Below are positions 63,285 through 64,000 of a stretch of 64,000 bases of DNA, piece by piece (positions within the stretch are counted from its first letter, which is position 1; the number at the start of each line of letters is the position of its first letter). A program made the translations under genes and the position numbers. The notes under the pieces are model-generated. The model was given only the letters and a program-made list of their open reading frames with translations, ran no database searches and was not told the DNA's origin. The stretch is from Leucoraja erinacea. Its lineage: Eukaryota. Location of the stretch: NCBI RefSeq assembly GCF_028641065.1, contig NC_073387.1:6944001-7008000 (forward strand), in the 5' to 3' direction.

Positions 63285-63625
63285 TAGGTCGGGTAGATGT
63301 ACAGTGTCTCTTGCCCAGAGTAGGTGAATGGAGGACTTGAAGGCATAGGTTTATGAGGAAGGGGGGATTATTTAATAGGAATCTGAGGGGTTACTATCTC
63401 ACACAAAGGGTGGTGGATGTATGGAACAAGCTGCCAGAGGAGGTAGTTGAGGCTGGGATTATCCCAACATTTAAGAAGCTGTTAGACAGGTACATGGATA
63501 GGACAGGTTTGGAGGAATATGGACCAAACGTAGGCAGGTGGGACTAGTGTAGCTGGGACATGTTGGCTGGTGTGGGCAAGTTGGGCTGATGGGCCTGTTT
63601 CCACAATGTATCACTCTATGACTCT
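63285..63625 (+). mobile_element. CR1 LINE 3' end
   Basis: TQRVVDVWNKLPEEVVEAG. Confidence 0.85.
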
Positions 63626-63809
63626 ATTAACTCCATTTCTCTCTACGCACTTTGCCTGACCTGCTGAGTACTTCCAGCATTTTCTCACTCACTAAATAAA
63701 ATATTATGGGGCTGATCCATTCAAGGATTTATACTACAAGGGCAAGCGGTATGGACTTTGTTTGATTGATTTCCTGCTCAGTCTTTATTACTTCGGTTGG
63801 TCTGCCGAC

Positions 63810-64000
63810 TACTAACTACCTCCTTGCTGACCCTCGGACTATCCTTGATCGGACTTTGCTGGCTTTGCCTTGCACTAAAAGTTATTCCCTTATCATGTAT
63901 CTATTCGCTGTCAATGGCTCGATTGTTACCATGTATTGTCTTTCTGCCGACTGGATCGCACGCAACAGTAGCTTTTCACTGTACCTTGGTACATGTGACA
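63810..64000 (+). mobile_element. Rex1/Babar LINE 3' UTR (runs off window)
   Basis: Ends in gcttttcactgtaccttggtacatgtgaca, the same tail as the RT-bearing copy at 9470-10020. Confidence 0.65.

Noticed and set aside
1-64000. CRISPR arrays, operons or other prokaryotic systems
   Set aside because: No regularly spaced repeat-spacer arrays or dense coding; recurring motifs are dispersed vertebrate retroelements.

Overview
Eukaryotic (vertebrate) genomic DNA, not prokaryotic. The repeat content points to a cartilaginous fish, probably a skate or ray (inference). It includes HE1-type tRNA V-SINEs, CR1/HER1-like LINEs, Penelope elements, a Deu-domain SINE and Rex1/Babar LINEs. The only host coding sequence I can support is two plus-strand prodomain exons of an ADAM metalloprotease, most like ADAM19 (18024-18142 and 23779-23849). 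I could not find its first exon or any later exon, so most of the window appears intronic. Larger elements are a 5'-truncated DIRS1-type tyrosine-recombinase retrotransposon (10536-~13620, minus), a gag-only ERV-like remnant (~34520-39989), a Tx1 LINE 3' end with a 25-bp target-site duplication (TSD), Harbinger and Tigger MITEs, and a 678-bp foldback element. The most notable signal is about 20 short Penelope pLTR-derived insertions. Many are inverted pairs with their own TSDs, and the better-preserved copies carry a minimal hammerhead-ribozyme-like core (CTGAAGA-stem II-GAAAC-GTH). Several GC-rich non-autonomous retroposons share a covarying Rex1/Babar 3' stem-loop. There is a 242-nt N gap, and several mosaic or low-complexity stretches look like assembly consensus artefacts. 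Most ORFs in the supplied track are repeat fragments or chance ORFs. Repeat boundaries are approximate unless a TSD or terminal inverted repeat (TIR) is quoted.
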